Positions 1 to 7,612 of a stretch of DNA of 24,931 bases are shown in pieces. The notes below the pieces were generated by a model. That model saw only the letters and a program-made list of their open reading frames with translations. It was not told the origin of the DNA and searched no databases. The stretch covers positions 1-24,931 of IMG/VR virus record IMGVR_UViG_3300035179_000699; one strand, 5' to 3'. The position numbers and the translations under genes are program-made. Every line of letters starts with the position of its first letter. Position 1 is the first letter of the stretch. The stretch comes from a virus (lineage: Duplodnaviria > Caudoviricetes).

Positions 1-2
1 CG

Positions 3-119
3 TTCAAGACCGGGGACCCGCACGAGGGGAAGACCGGCGACACCGTCAGGCTCACGCCCGAGACCTGCTACAACTGCAAGCTCATGATCCAGAATGGAGG
101 AATTTGTGATCCAGTATAG
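3..119 (+). CDS. 3' end of a hypothetical Cys-containing protein (partial)
   Basis: Frame 3 is open from the window start: FKTGDPHEGKTGDTVRLTPETCYNCKLMIQNGGICDPV, ending at TAG 117-119. Codons are GC3-rich. Confidence 0.6.
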   Translation, partial: FKTGDPHEGKTGDTVRLTPETCYNCKLMIQNGGICDPV

Positions 120-139
120 GAAAGGGAAAGGTGTTTGAT

Positions 140-1804
140 ATGGGAAAGGAAAAGAACAGGGGATACGAGTTAGTGCAAGTTGCCATCAAGAGCATCGAGC
201 TTTTGCCGGTGTTCGCGATGCGGGACCTCAAGGAAGCCGACGTCGACGGCCTGGCGGAATCCATCAAGACCCAGGGGCTGATCAACCCGGTCCTGGTGCG
301 GCCGAAGGGCACCGGCTGGGAGCTCATCTGCGGCCACCGCCGATACCTGGCGTTCTGCAAGCTGAAGGCCCCGACGATACCGGCGCATGTCATCGACGCC
401 ACCGACGAGCAGGCCTTCGTCCTGGCGTTGACCGAAAACATCGAGCGCCGGGACCCGACGCCCATGGAAGACGCCAGCGCCTTCAAGCGGGCCATGGACA
501 CGATGCACATGAAGCCCGAGGCCATCGCCAAGCAGGTGGGGAGATCTCCCAGCTGGGTCCTGCGGCGCGTGCAGCTGCTCGAGCTCGAGCCGCGCGTCCA
601 GGCGGCCGTCCAGGACAACACGATCAGCGCCACCATGGCCGAGGAGGCGTTCCTGAAACTGAAACACCATGGCGACCAGCTCCAGCTCCTCAAGGAGGTC
701 AACGACAGCGCCCGCTGCGGCCGGGTTCCGACGGCGAAGGCCGTCGAACAGAGCGCCAACGGCCTCGTCAAGCAGCGCTCCAAGATCGAGGTCATAGCCA
801 AACACATCCAGGAGCTCGGTGAGAAATGCAAGTTCCCGGTCTGCCCCAAATGCGGGGGCCCGGCCAGCCCGGATGGTTGGGACATGGACCTGAAGAAGAA
901 CAAGGTCTCATGCTCTCATTACCATGGGGCCTGGAACCTCATAACGGGCCCCATCAAGGACCGGGAGACGACGCTCGACGGGAATGTCTCCGGCAGGGAG
1001 AAGACCGTCCCCGGCGGCGAGAGCGTCGTCAAGGTCGAGAGCAAGGACCACCTCAGCAACATCGCCATCCAGGATTATTTCGACCACCTCGCCAAGCTCG
1101 TGACCAAGGCCGAGGCCGTCTCGATGATCCAGGTCGGCGAGGAGTTCGGCAGTGATGACGACGACGAGGAGCTCTCTATCACCATCAAGATCGACCGCAA
1201 GAAACTCCCCAAGTTCCCCAATGTCCTGCTCGGGCCTCCGGAGGGAAAGAAAGCCAAACACGCGACCGACGCAACCATCCAGGTCGGCGGCTGGGGCGGG
1301 AACAACGAGGCCGTGCTCGAGCACCGGACACGCCTCTGGGATCTGGAGAAGGCCATCGACGCCAAGACCCAGCCGGCCGAGATCGTCCGCCACGAGCTGG
1401 AGCGCCTGGTCGTGGACCATGTTGCCCTGAGCAAGGGCAAGGAGCTCATCACCCCCAACGGCACTCGAACGATCCGGGCCGTCCACCGGGACTACACGGC
1501 AATCATCGCCGACCCCACCGGCCACACCCAGCTCTACGAGGAATCCGAGGTCCGTAACATAGTGAAGGCCGCGAAGACGAACGGCGAGAACAAGGAAAAG
1601 GCAATCAAGCAGTTCGTCAAAAAGGACAAGGTCGGCCTCACCCACAATGTTCTCGGCCATCGTTTCCTCCGCGGCAAGGTGGGCCCCAAAATCGGCGACC
1701 CCGTCGACTGGATGTGCACCAGGTGCGGGATAACAGTAGAGACGAAGGACCTGCCCAGCGTCAAGGACGAATGCGCTCCCATAAAAGCAAAGAAAGGAGG
1801 CTGA
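140..1804 (+). CDS. parB: ParB/Spo0J-family protein with HTH and Cys/His zinc-binding motifs
   Basis: Contains LAESIKTQGLINPVLVRP, ELICGHRRY (GxRR), ALTENIERRD and an HTH (PEAIAKQVGRSPSWVLRRVQLL). CPKC...CSHYH lies centrally and CTRC near the C-terminus. ATG 140 follows AAGGTG; GTG 131 is an alternative start. Confidence 0.88.
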   Translation: MGKEKNRGYELVQVAIKSIELLPVFAMRDLKEADVDGLAESIKTQGLINPVLVRPKGTGWELICGHRRYLAFCKLKAPTIPAHVIDATDEQAFVLALTENIERRDPTPMEDASAFKRAMDTMHMKPEAIAKQVGRSPSWVLRRVQLLELEPRVQAAVQDNTISATMAEEAFLKLKHHGDQLQLLKEVNDSARCGRVPTAKAVEQSANGLVKQRSKIEVIAKHIQELGEKCKFPVCPKCGGPASPDGWDMDLKKNKVSCSHYHGAWNLITGPIKDRETTLDGNVSGREKTVPGGESVVKVESKDHLSNIAIQDYFDHLAKLVTKAEAVSMIQVGEEFGSDDDDEELSITIKIDRKKLPKFPNVLLGPPEGKKAKHATDATIQVGGWGGNNEAVLEHRTRLWDLEKAIDAKTQPAEIVRHELERLVVDHVALSKGKELITPNGTRTIRAVHRDYTAIIADPTGHTQLYEESEVRNIVKAAKTNGENKEKAIKQFVKKDKVGLTHNVLGHRFLRGKVGPKIGDPVDWMCTRCGITVETKDLPSVKDECAPIKAKKGG

Positions 1805-1806
1805 CC

Positions 1807-2169
1807 ATGGCCGCCTCTCAAACCGACCTCGAGGGCAAGCAGGTCGCCACCCCGGCGGCCGGCCCCAAGGGCGAGGGCCTGCTCCTCAGCGCCGACATCA
1901 AGGACATCGCCCACCACAGCAGGGGCGGGGGCACCCATGTCATCTCGCTCTTCGCCAACCTCCCCAACAATGACGAGGGCAAGCGCTACGGGACCATGAA
2001 CCTCAACCTCAGCAATCTCAAGGAGGCCGGCATGGAGCACCTCGCCGAGGCCCTGGGCGTTGAGCAACTCGCCGACAACACCCCCCTCCTCGTGAAGATA
2101 TTCATCCCTCAAGGTGCGCTCCTCGAGCACTGGACCCAGAACCGGCCGGGGAAGGGAGACGAGGAGTGA
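1807..2169 (+). CDS. Hypothetical protein (120 aa)
   Basis: AGGAGG RBS before ATG 1807, GC3-rich codons, and it packs directly after parB. Confidence 0.75.
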   Translation: MAASQTDLEGKQVATPAAGPKGEGLLLSADIKDIAHHSRGGGTHVISLFANLPNNDEGKRYGTMNLNLSNLKEAGMEHLAEALGVEQLADNTPLLVKIFIPQGALLEHWTQNRPGKGDEE

Positions 2170-2171
2170 AC

Positions 2172-2393
2172 ATGTCCCGCGGCAAAGTCATCAGGGCCAA
2201 GGTTCACGGCCTGCGCGCCGCGACCTGCAAGCACGGAAGGGAATGGGTCCAGAACCCGGTCTCTCTCCAGTGGTTCCAGTCCTGCGTCCCTCCGGACCGG
2301 GATGCCCTCGCCCAGGGACGATATGAGCCCGTCTGCGCCTGCCAACCTCCAAAGGACCGCCTCCATACTCTCCTGCAATATCTGAGGCGATGA
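2172..2393 (+). CDS. Small Cys-rich hypothetical protein (73 aa)
   Basis: GAGGAGTGA precedes ATG 2172. CKH...C...CAC residues are present and the stop overlaps the next start (ATGA). Confidence 0.6.
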   Translation: MSRGKVIRAKVHGLRAATCKHGREWVQNPVSLQWFQSCVPPDRDALAQGRYEPVCACQPPKDRLHTLLQYLRR

Positions 2394-2719
2394 TCATGCC
2401 TCTCACCACCAACGAAGAACTCGAAGAACAGTGGTCCTTATGGGTGATCAACCACAACGGGCAGCCCCCGCGGTTCGCCTATTGCTCTTTCGAGACCGTA
2501 GCCCGCCTCATGTCCCAGAGCATGGCCATCATCGACCCCGCGAAGCCAGAACCCATCTACGGTGGAGTAACAAAGGTCGTAGCCGTCAACCCCAAAGAAA
2601 TGGGTCCCGTCTTCGGCCCATTCCTGGAACGGGGAGGAATCTATCTCTCCAATCTTGACAAGGACGAGAAGGCCCCGCCAAAGAAGAAGGCCAAGCGATT
2701 TGGATTTTGGAGGAGATGA
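2390..2719 (+). CDS. Hypothetical protein with basic C-terminus
   Basis: ATGA overlap with the upstream gene; it fills the operon without a gap. Confidence 0.65.
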   Translation: MIMPLTTNEELEEQWSLWVINHNGQPPRFAYCSFETVARLMSQSMAIIDPAKPEPIYGGVTKVVAVNPKEMGPVFGPFLERGGIYLSNLDKDEKAPPKKKAKRFGFWRR

Positions 2720-2722
2720 AGA

Positions 2723-2902
2723 ATGAGAGAATGGACCGACAAGGAATTGGATAGCTTCCAGGTCTTGATGGCCTTTATCATAACCGCCATCCCAATAGCC
2801 GGGACCTTCGCTCTCATCTTCCAAGGACGGTTCTGGGAGTCCGGCGCTTTTTTCGCCATGGGCATGGGCACGATGGTCTTTTTCTGTTGGTATTGGTGGT
2901 GA
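2723..2902 (+). CDS. Small two-TM membrane protein (59 aa, absent from the ORF track)
   Basis: Translated by hand: MREWTDKELDSFQVLMAFIITAIPIAGTFALIFQGRFWESGAFFAMGMGTMVFFCWYWW*. GGAGGAG lies upstream, and it exactly fills the gap between its neighbours. Confidence 0.7.
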   Translation: MREWTDKELDSFQVLMAFIITAIPIAGTFALIFQGRFWESGAFFAMGMGTMVFFCWYWW

Positions 2903-2905
2903 AGA

Positions 2906-3529
2906 TTGACCGTCCCCCTCAAAGGACCAATGGCGGAGAAGCGCGACAGGATGATCGCCGCCGGCCGTTTCACCGCGGCCCAGATCGCCAAGGCCGTGGG
3001 GTCCACCGAGCAGGCCATCGAGAAATACATCTACAGGCAAAAAAAGGGCTTCGGACATTCCGGACATTCCATTGTCCGGGCCCCTTCTCATAACGTAGAA
3101 GAGGCCGGGCCCGAATGTCCGGAGAGTCCAACCGATGTCCCATCCACCCCGGCCGGCGTCAGGGCCGAGCTCCAGCGGATGCTCAAATGCCAGAAAGAGA
3201 TGGAGACGGCCCTGAAGGACGACGGGCCCCAGGCCATGCCCGCCATCCTCGCCATTCTCGGCGAGCAGCGCAAGACCATCGAGGCCATCCTGAAGGCCGA
3301 GGTCGTCTTCGCCAACATGCCGGCCGGAGCCCAGGAGACGCCCCAGCAACGGGCGGCCGAGATACGGGCCTACTTCTCTAAGCTCATAGAAGGGGCCCCG
3401 CCGGAGGTCAGGGACTGGATACTCAAGCGCATGACCGGAGAATCACGGCAACGTGCGAAAGAACAGCCGGAGATCTCCGAAAAGGCCCCAGAAAAGAACG
3501 ACGATTGCCGGAAAGAGGGGCCTAAATGA
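2906..3529 (+). CDS. terS: Terminase small subunit (HTH)
   Basis: N-terminal HTH-like FTAAQIAKAVGSTEQAIEKYIYR and a helical C-terminal half. It sits directly upstream of terL with an ATGA overlap. TTG start follows GGTGA; ATG 2930 is an alternative. Confidence 0.7.
   Translation: MTVPLKGPMAEKRDRMIAAGRFTAAQIAKAVGSTEQAIEKYIYRQKKGFGHSGHSIVRAPSHNVEEAGPECPESPTDVPSTPAGVRAELQRMLKCQKEMETALKDDGPQAMPAILAILGEQRKTIEAILKAEVVFANMPAGAQETPQQRAAEIRAYFSKLIEGAPPEVRDWILKRMTGESRQRAKEQPEISEKAPEKNDDCRKEGPK
3052..3140. repeat. Cluster of direct and inverted CGGACA(TTC) repeats inside terS
   Basis: CGGACATTC at 3052-3060 and 3061-3069, with its reverse complement GAATGTCCG at 3113-3121. TGTCC also occurs at 3073-3077 and 3136-3140, and AGTCC at 3125-3129. 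Confidence 0.7.
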
Positions 3530-4929
3530 CCATCGCCGAGGTCCTCGAGGCCGATGCCCGCATTCTCAGGGCGCGCGAGGATGTCGATTATCTCTGTAAG
3601 GTCATCGGCGCCCGCCAACTCCCGCCCCACGCCCGGCGCATCTATCAATTAATTCGTACCAACCAGGGTCCGGACGGCCGTGTCATCGTCCTCACGGCGC
3701 CCGGCTGCATGAAGTCCACGGTCCTGGGCCTCTGCATGACCCAGGATCTCCTCGGCGACGATCCCCATGTCCTCTTCGCCTCCAAATCCAACGCGCTCGT
3801 CCAACTCACCGGCGACTTTGTCCGCCACAACATCGAGAAGATATTTGGCCAGGACCAGGTCCACGATGCGATGAAGGATTACAAGGGTTTCAAGGACAGC
3901 TCCAAGATGTTCTGCGTGCCCGGCTGGGACCCCATCTCCAGGAACCCGAGCTGGGTCGGTGCCACACCCGGGACCGACATCGAGGGCATCAGGGCCAACT
4001 ACGGTTACCTGGACGATATTATCGACCAGGAATCGTCCACCTCGGAGATCGCCCGGGAAGTGCCCAAGCAATGGTTCGGACTCACCTTTGTCGAGCGCCT
4101 CAACCGCGGGGCCCCGGTCGCCGGCGTCGGGAGCCTCTGGCACCCGCACGACTTCCACATGGAACTCCTGGCCCGCTGGCCCGCCCACCTATTCCCATTC
4201 GCCCGCCAGGCCAAGCCCGAGGGCTTCCGCGAATATCCCCGGGCCGTCTGGCACGGCGAGGAATACGAACTCCTCTGGCCCGAGAACTACGGCGGCATCG
4301 ATCTCGCGCAGTTCATCCTCGACCATGATGGCGATATTTCCTACCAACTCCGGTTCCAACTCAACCCCTGGGTCCTGAAGGATACCAGGTTCAAGCCCGA
4401 CTGGTTCCAAACCTATGACACACCACTTCCGGTCGACATCTTCAACCGCCTTCTCATCCACCTCGCTCTCGACCCGGCCACCGGCAAGACCGAGATCGGC
4501 TCCGAGAGCGCCATCACGGTCCTCGGCCTCGACAAGGTCGTCAACCATGAATATATCCTCGAGAGCATCGCCGGCATCTGGGACCCGGTCGAGCGCCGGC
4601 GCCAGGTCCAGGCCTCGTTCGGCCGCTGGCACCCTCGCAAGATATTCGTCGAAGACGTCGGCGAGCAGGCCACCATCGTCACCGACCTCCGCCTCCTGGA
4701 CCTGCCGGCCTTCGGGCTCACACCCACCCATGGCAAGGACAAGATAGCGCGCATCGACACCCTCTGCGTGCCGGTCCAGATGGGCCAGATAAAGTTCCAT
4801 AAAAGCCAGCAAGAACTCATCCAGCAACTCCTCAATTTCCCCAAGAGCAAGCGCCTCGACCGCGCCGACAGCCTCGAGATCGCCCACCGCTCGTTCTCAT
4901 CGACCAGGACGCTCCGGAGGTGCATGTGA
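3526..4929 (+). CDS. terL: Terminase large subunit
   Basis: Walker A-like VIVLTAPGCMKST, Walker B YGYLDDIID, motif III-like GSLWHPHD, and RNase H-like nuclease motifs LALDPA...IFVED...DRADSL. Confidence 0.93.
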   Translation: MTIAEVLEADARILRAREDVDYLCKVIGARQLPPHARRIYQLIRTNQGPDGRVIVLTAPGCMKSTVLGLCMTQDLLGDDPHVLFASKSNALVQLTGDFVRHNIEKIFGQDQVHDAMKDYKGFKDSSKMFCVPGWDPISRNPSWVGATPGTDIEGIRANYGYLDDIIDQESSTSEIAREVPKQWFGLTFVERLNRGAPVAGVGSLWHPHDFHMELLARWPAHLFPFARQAKPEGFREYPRAVWHGEEYELLWPENYGGIDLAQFILDHDGDISYQLRFQLNPWVLKDTRFKPDWFQTYDTPLPVDIFNRLLIHLALDPATGKTEIGSESAITVLGLDKVVNHEYILESIAGIWDPVERRRQVQASFGRWHPRKIFVEDVGEQATIVTDLRLLDLPAFGLTPTHGKDKIARIDTLCVPVQMGQIKFHKSQQELIQQLLNFPKSKRLDRADSLEIAHRSFSSTRTLRRCM

Positions 4930-5102
4930 TGGCGCACATGTATCTCCCCGACGAACTCATCGATAAGGTGCGGCCACTCTGCGAGACCGCATGGGAGAAG
5001 GAGCAACGCGAGGAGAAGAAGAAGGTCCTCAGCCCAACGGATGTGGTCATGCGAATCCTTCAAAGGGCCTATGATTCAGGCAAAAAGGGCCGCTCTATAT
5101 AG
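4929..5102 (+). CDS. Ribbon-helix-helix (CopG/Arc-like) DNA-binding protein (57 aa)
   Basis: The pattern is a beta strand (AHMYLP), a helix (DELIDKVR) and a second helix (SPTDVVMRILQRAY). TGATG overlap with terL. Confidence 0.6.
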   Translation: MAHMYLPDELIDKVRPLCETAWEKEQREEKKKVLSPTDVVMRILQRAYDSGKKGRSI

Positions 5103-5116
5103 TTATCCAACTCATT

Positions 5117-5173
5117 TTCTGACGTGTTCTGACGTGCGCCAACTTTCTTATTATATTCAAAACCCAATATAAA
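5117..5173 (+). promoter_or_regulatory. Putative late promoter with tandem operator
   Basis: Exact tandem TTCTGACGTG x2 (5117-5136) followed by AT-rich TTATTATATTC (5148-5158), about 22-30 nt before the portal GTG at 5180. It is the only AT-rich intergenic gap in the packaging/head region. Confidence 0.6.
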
Positions 5174-5179
5174 TCGTCC

Positions 5180-7612
5180 GTGGCAGCGGAATCGTCCGGG
5201 GCAGGGTCACCGATAATCAAGGCCCCAGGCAATTCCGCCAGGGCGAATCGGTCCGGCCGCCCACCCACGCCTTCTTCTCGAATACGCCGGACCACCTTGA
5301 AATTCAATAGCGGCCGAAGTCGTCGTTTCTTCCCCAACCAGGAAGAGAGCGCTTCCCGGGAAAGGCCCCAGAAATGGGGCAGCCCTTTCGAGCAGAACAT
5401 CACGCAGGAAGACATCCGTTATCTCATCCGCCGCGACGAGCTCGCCTACCGCACATTGATGAGGTGGACCGGCGCCGTGTTCAACCGATGGCTCAGTTAC
5501 ACATCCGACAACATCGAACGCCAGAAAAAGGTTGAGGAAATCTACGCCGATCTAAATGTCAAGGGCATTTTCAAGCGCGCCTATATGCTATCGAAAGCAG
5601 ACGGGTTCGGGCTCATTGCCCTCGGCTGGATCGAGCCGAACCCCGACGCCACCAAGGAGCCCACCACCGTCTCAGGCATCGACTACCTCCACGCGATACC
5701 GTCCACGGCCGTCTCCCTCATCCACGAGGACCTCGACCCGCTCTCCGATAGTTACGGCGAGATCACTGCCTACACCATCAAGCAACCCGTCGGCAGCAAG
5801 GACCAGACCAGCATGGGCCAGCCGACAGAAAAGATTTTCCCGGCCTCAAGGTTCCTCCACTGGCGCAACGACTTCATCGACGACGATCCAAAAGGCATCT
5901 CGATATTCGAGACGCTCTATGACAAGTTCACCGTCAAGAAAAACATGGACTACGCAATCGGCGAGGTCATGATTTCCACGGCCAAGCCCTTCCCCGTTCT
6001 CACGCTCCCCGACGATGCCGACGACGATGAAATGGACGCCGCAGATGGAGAACTCGACAACATCGACATTAAATCACATTTCATCATGCCAACCGGATAT
6101 GATCTCAAGTTCGAGGGCCCCACCAATGTCCTCAACCCCAAGCCCTACACGGATTACATGCTCCAGACCCTTGCGGCCGGCAGCCTCGGCAGCAAGGTCG
6201 CTCTCCTGGGCGCAGAAGCGGGCGCCCTCACCGGAAGCCAGGTGAACATCGGCGAGTGGTATGTGTCGGTCGCCGACGAGCAGAAGAATGTCGTCGAACC
6301 CATGCTCCGGGAGTTCAACAAGCGCCTCGAGGACATGAAAATCATCCCGCCCGGGAAGGACAAGTTCGAATGGGCCGCGCTCTACGAAATGGACGACAAG
6401 GAAAAGGGTCTCATCGAGGCCTCCAAGGCACAGGCTCTCGCCTCGATCGCCTCCACGATCTCGTTGATGCAGACCGCCGGGTGGCGGCTCTTCAACATCG
6501 AGGAGCATCTCTACTGGGTCAAGGGCGACATCGTCATCAAGTTCAAGGCGGGCGCAGACCTCCTCGAGGCCGCACCGGATGTCAAAGCCCCCGTCGAGGT
6601 CAAGCCGCCGGCGGCGCCGGCCGCAGCGCCTCCAGTTCCAGGAGCCCCGCCGTTTGCGCCAGGCGCCCCGCCCGGGGCCCCGCCCGCCCCAACGGGCCCG
6701 CCCCAGCCTCCGGGCCGGCAGCAGGCCCAGGAACCGCCCAAGGCCGCGATCTCCCAGAAGCCCATAGAGAACCGCCGGCCGCTCCTCAACGACGCCGTCC
6801 ACGCCCAGCTCTACGGCGAGTGGTACGAGAAGACCGAGGCCCTGGAAAGCGCCTTCGGCGACGCCTGGCGCAACTTGACCACGGTCCTCGAGGCGCAGAT
6901 CCTCGCCGACCTCAAGAAGGCCTGGGAGAAGCACGCCGGGCCCGTTGGCCACACACCGCCGGCCGGCAAGGCCTCCGCCCCGGGCGCGAACGCCAACACA
7001 GCCATCCCCGACTTCGCCGCCGTCCTGCAGGAAATGGGGAGCTGGAAGCCGTCCGGCTGGACCTCGTTCCAGAAGGCCTTCGACGCCTTCGTTCGGTCGG
7101 CCTATGATTCCGGCGCGGAATCCACCGCGCAGAACATCGGGGAGCAGTTCGACATCAGCAAGCTCCGCGACACGAACACCATCAAGCTCATCCAGGCGTC
7201 GAGCGAGACCCTGGGCAAGAACACCTACCTCGACACCCACAAGGACGCCATGATGGAGATCGCCGAGGGCCTCAAGAACGGCGAATCCTACGCCCAGATA
7301 AACGACCGCATCGCCAAGAAGTTCACCGAGTTCGGCGACGGCATCCCCGCCACGGTCCAGAAGGTCGTCCACGAGGCCGCGAGCCAGGCCCGCTGGGACA
7401 CGATGAAGGAGCTCGGCGTGGACAAGGGCGTCTTCACCACCGCCCGGGATGACCGGGTCAGGCCCGAGCACGCCGCCATGGAGGGCATGGTCGTGACCCG
7501 GGACGAGGCGATGCCGTACCTCAGCGACTACGGCTGCCGGTGCACCATCGTCCCGCTCTCCATCTATGATCAGTGGGTCGCAGAAGCCCAGGCCAGCGGA
7601 GGTGGCGAATAA
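5180..7612 (+). CDS. Portal protein (DUF1073-like) fused via a Pro/Ala linker to a MuF/SPP1 gp7-like head morphogenesis domain
   Basis: It lies after terL. Portal-like motifs are YLIRRDELAYR, DGFGLIALG, YGEITAYTI, FPASRFLH, KGISIFE, LLGAEAGALTG and FEWAALYEMDDKEK. The C-terminal MuF motif is TARDDRVRPEHAAMEG...GCRCTIVP. Confidence 0.88.
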   Translation: MAAESSGAGSPIIKAPGNSARANRSGRPPTPSSRIRRTTLKFNSGRSRRFFPNQEESASRERPQKWGSPFEQNITQEDIRYLIRRDELAYRTLMRWTGAVFNRWLSYTSDNIERQKKVEEIYADLNVKGIFKRAYMLSKADGFGLIALGWIEPNPDATKEPTTVSGIDYLHAIPSTAVSLIHEDLDPLSDSYGEITAYTIKQPVGSKDQTSMGQPTEKIFPASRFLHWRNDFIDDDPKGISIFETLYDKFTVKKNMDYAIGEVMISTAKPFPVLTLPDDADDDEMDAADGELDNIDIKSHFIMPTGYDLKFEGPTNVLNPKPYTDYMLQTLAAGSLGSKVALLGAEAGALTGSQVNIGEWYVSVADEQKNVVEPMLREFNKRLEDMKIIPPGKDKFEWAALYEMDDKEKGLIEASKAQALASIASTISLMQTAGWRLFNIEEHLYWVKGDIVIKFKAGADLLEAAPDVKAPVEVKPPAAPAAAPPVPGAPPFAPGAPPGAPPAPTGPPQPPGRQQAQEPPKAAISQKPIENRRPLLNDAVHAQLYGEWYEKTEALESAFGDAWRNLTTVLEAQILADLKKAWEKHAGPVGHTPPAGKASAPGANANTAIPDFAAVLQEMGSWKPSGWTSFQKAFDAFVRSAYDSGAESTAQNIGEQFDISKLRDTNTIKLIQASSETLGKNTYLDTHKDAMMEIAEGLKNGESYAQINDRIAKKFTEFGDGIPATVQKVVHEAASQARWDTMKELGVDKGVFTTARDDRVRPEHAAMEGMVVTRDEAMPYLSDYGCRCTIVPLSIYDQWVAEAQASGGGE
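6590..6760 (+). repeat. Low-complexity Pro/Ala-rich linker within portal-MuF
   Basis: PPAAPAAAPPVPGAPPFAPGAPPGAPPAPTGPPQPP, with GAPP repeated three times. Confidence 0.8.

Noticed and set aside
14-22. GGACCCGCA present both near the window start and at the very end (24923-24931), suggesting circularity or att sites
   Set aside because: It is only 9 bp, not at the exact start, and lies within coding sequence; compatible with chance.
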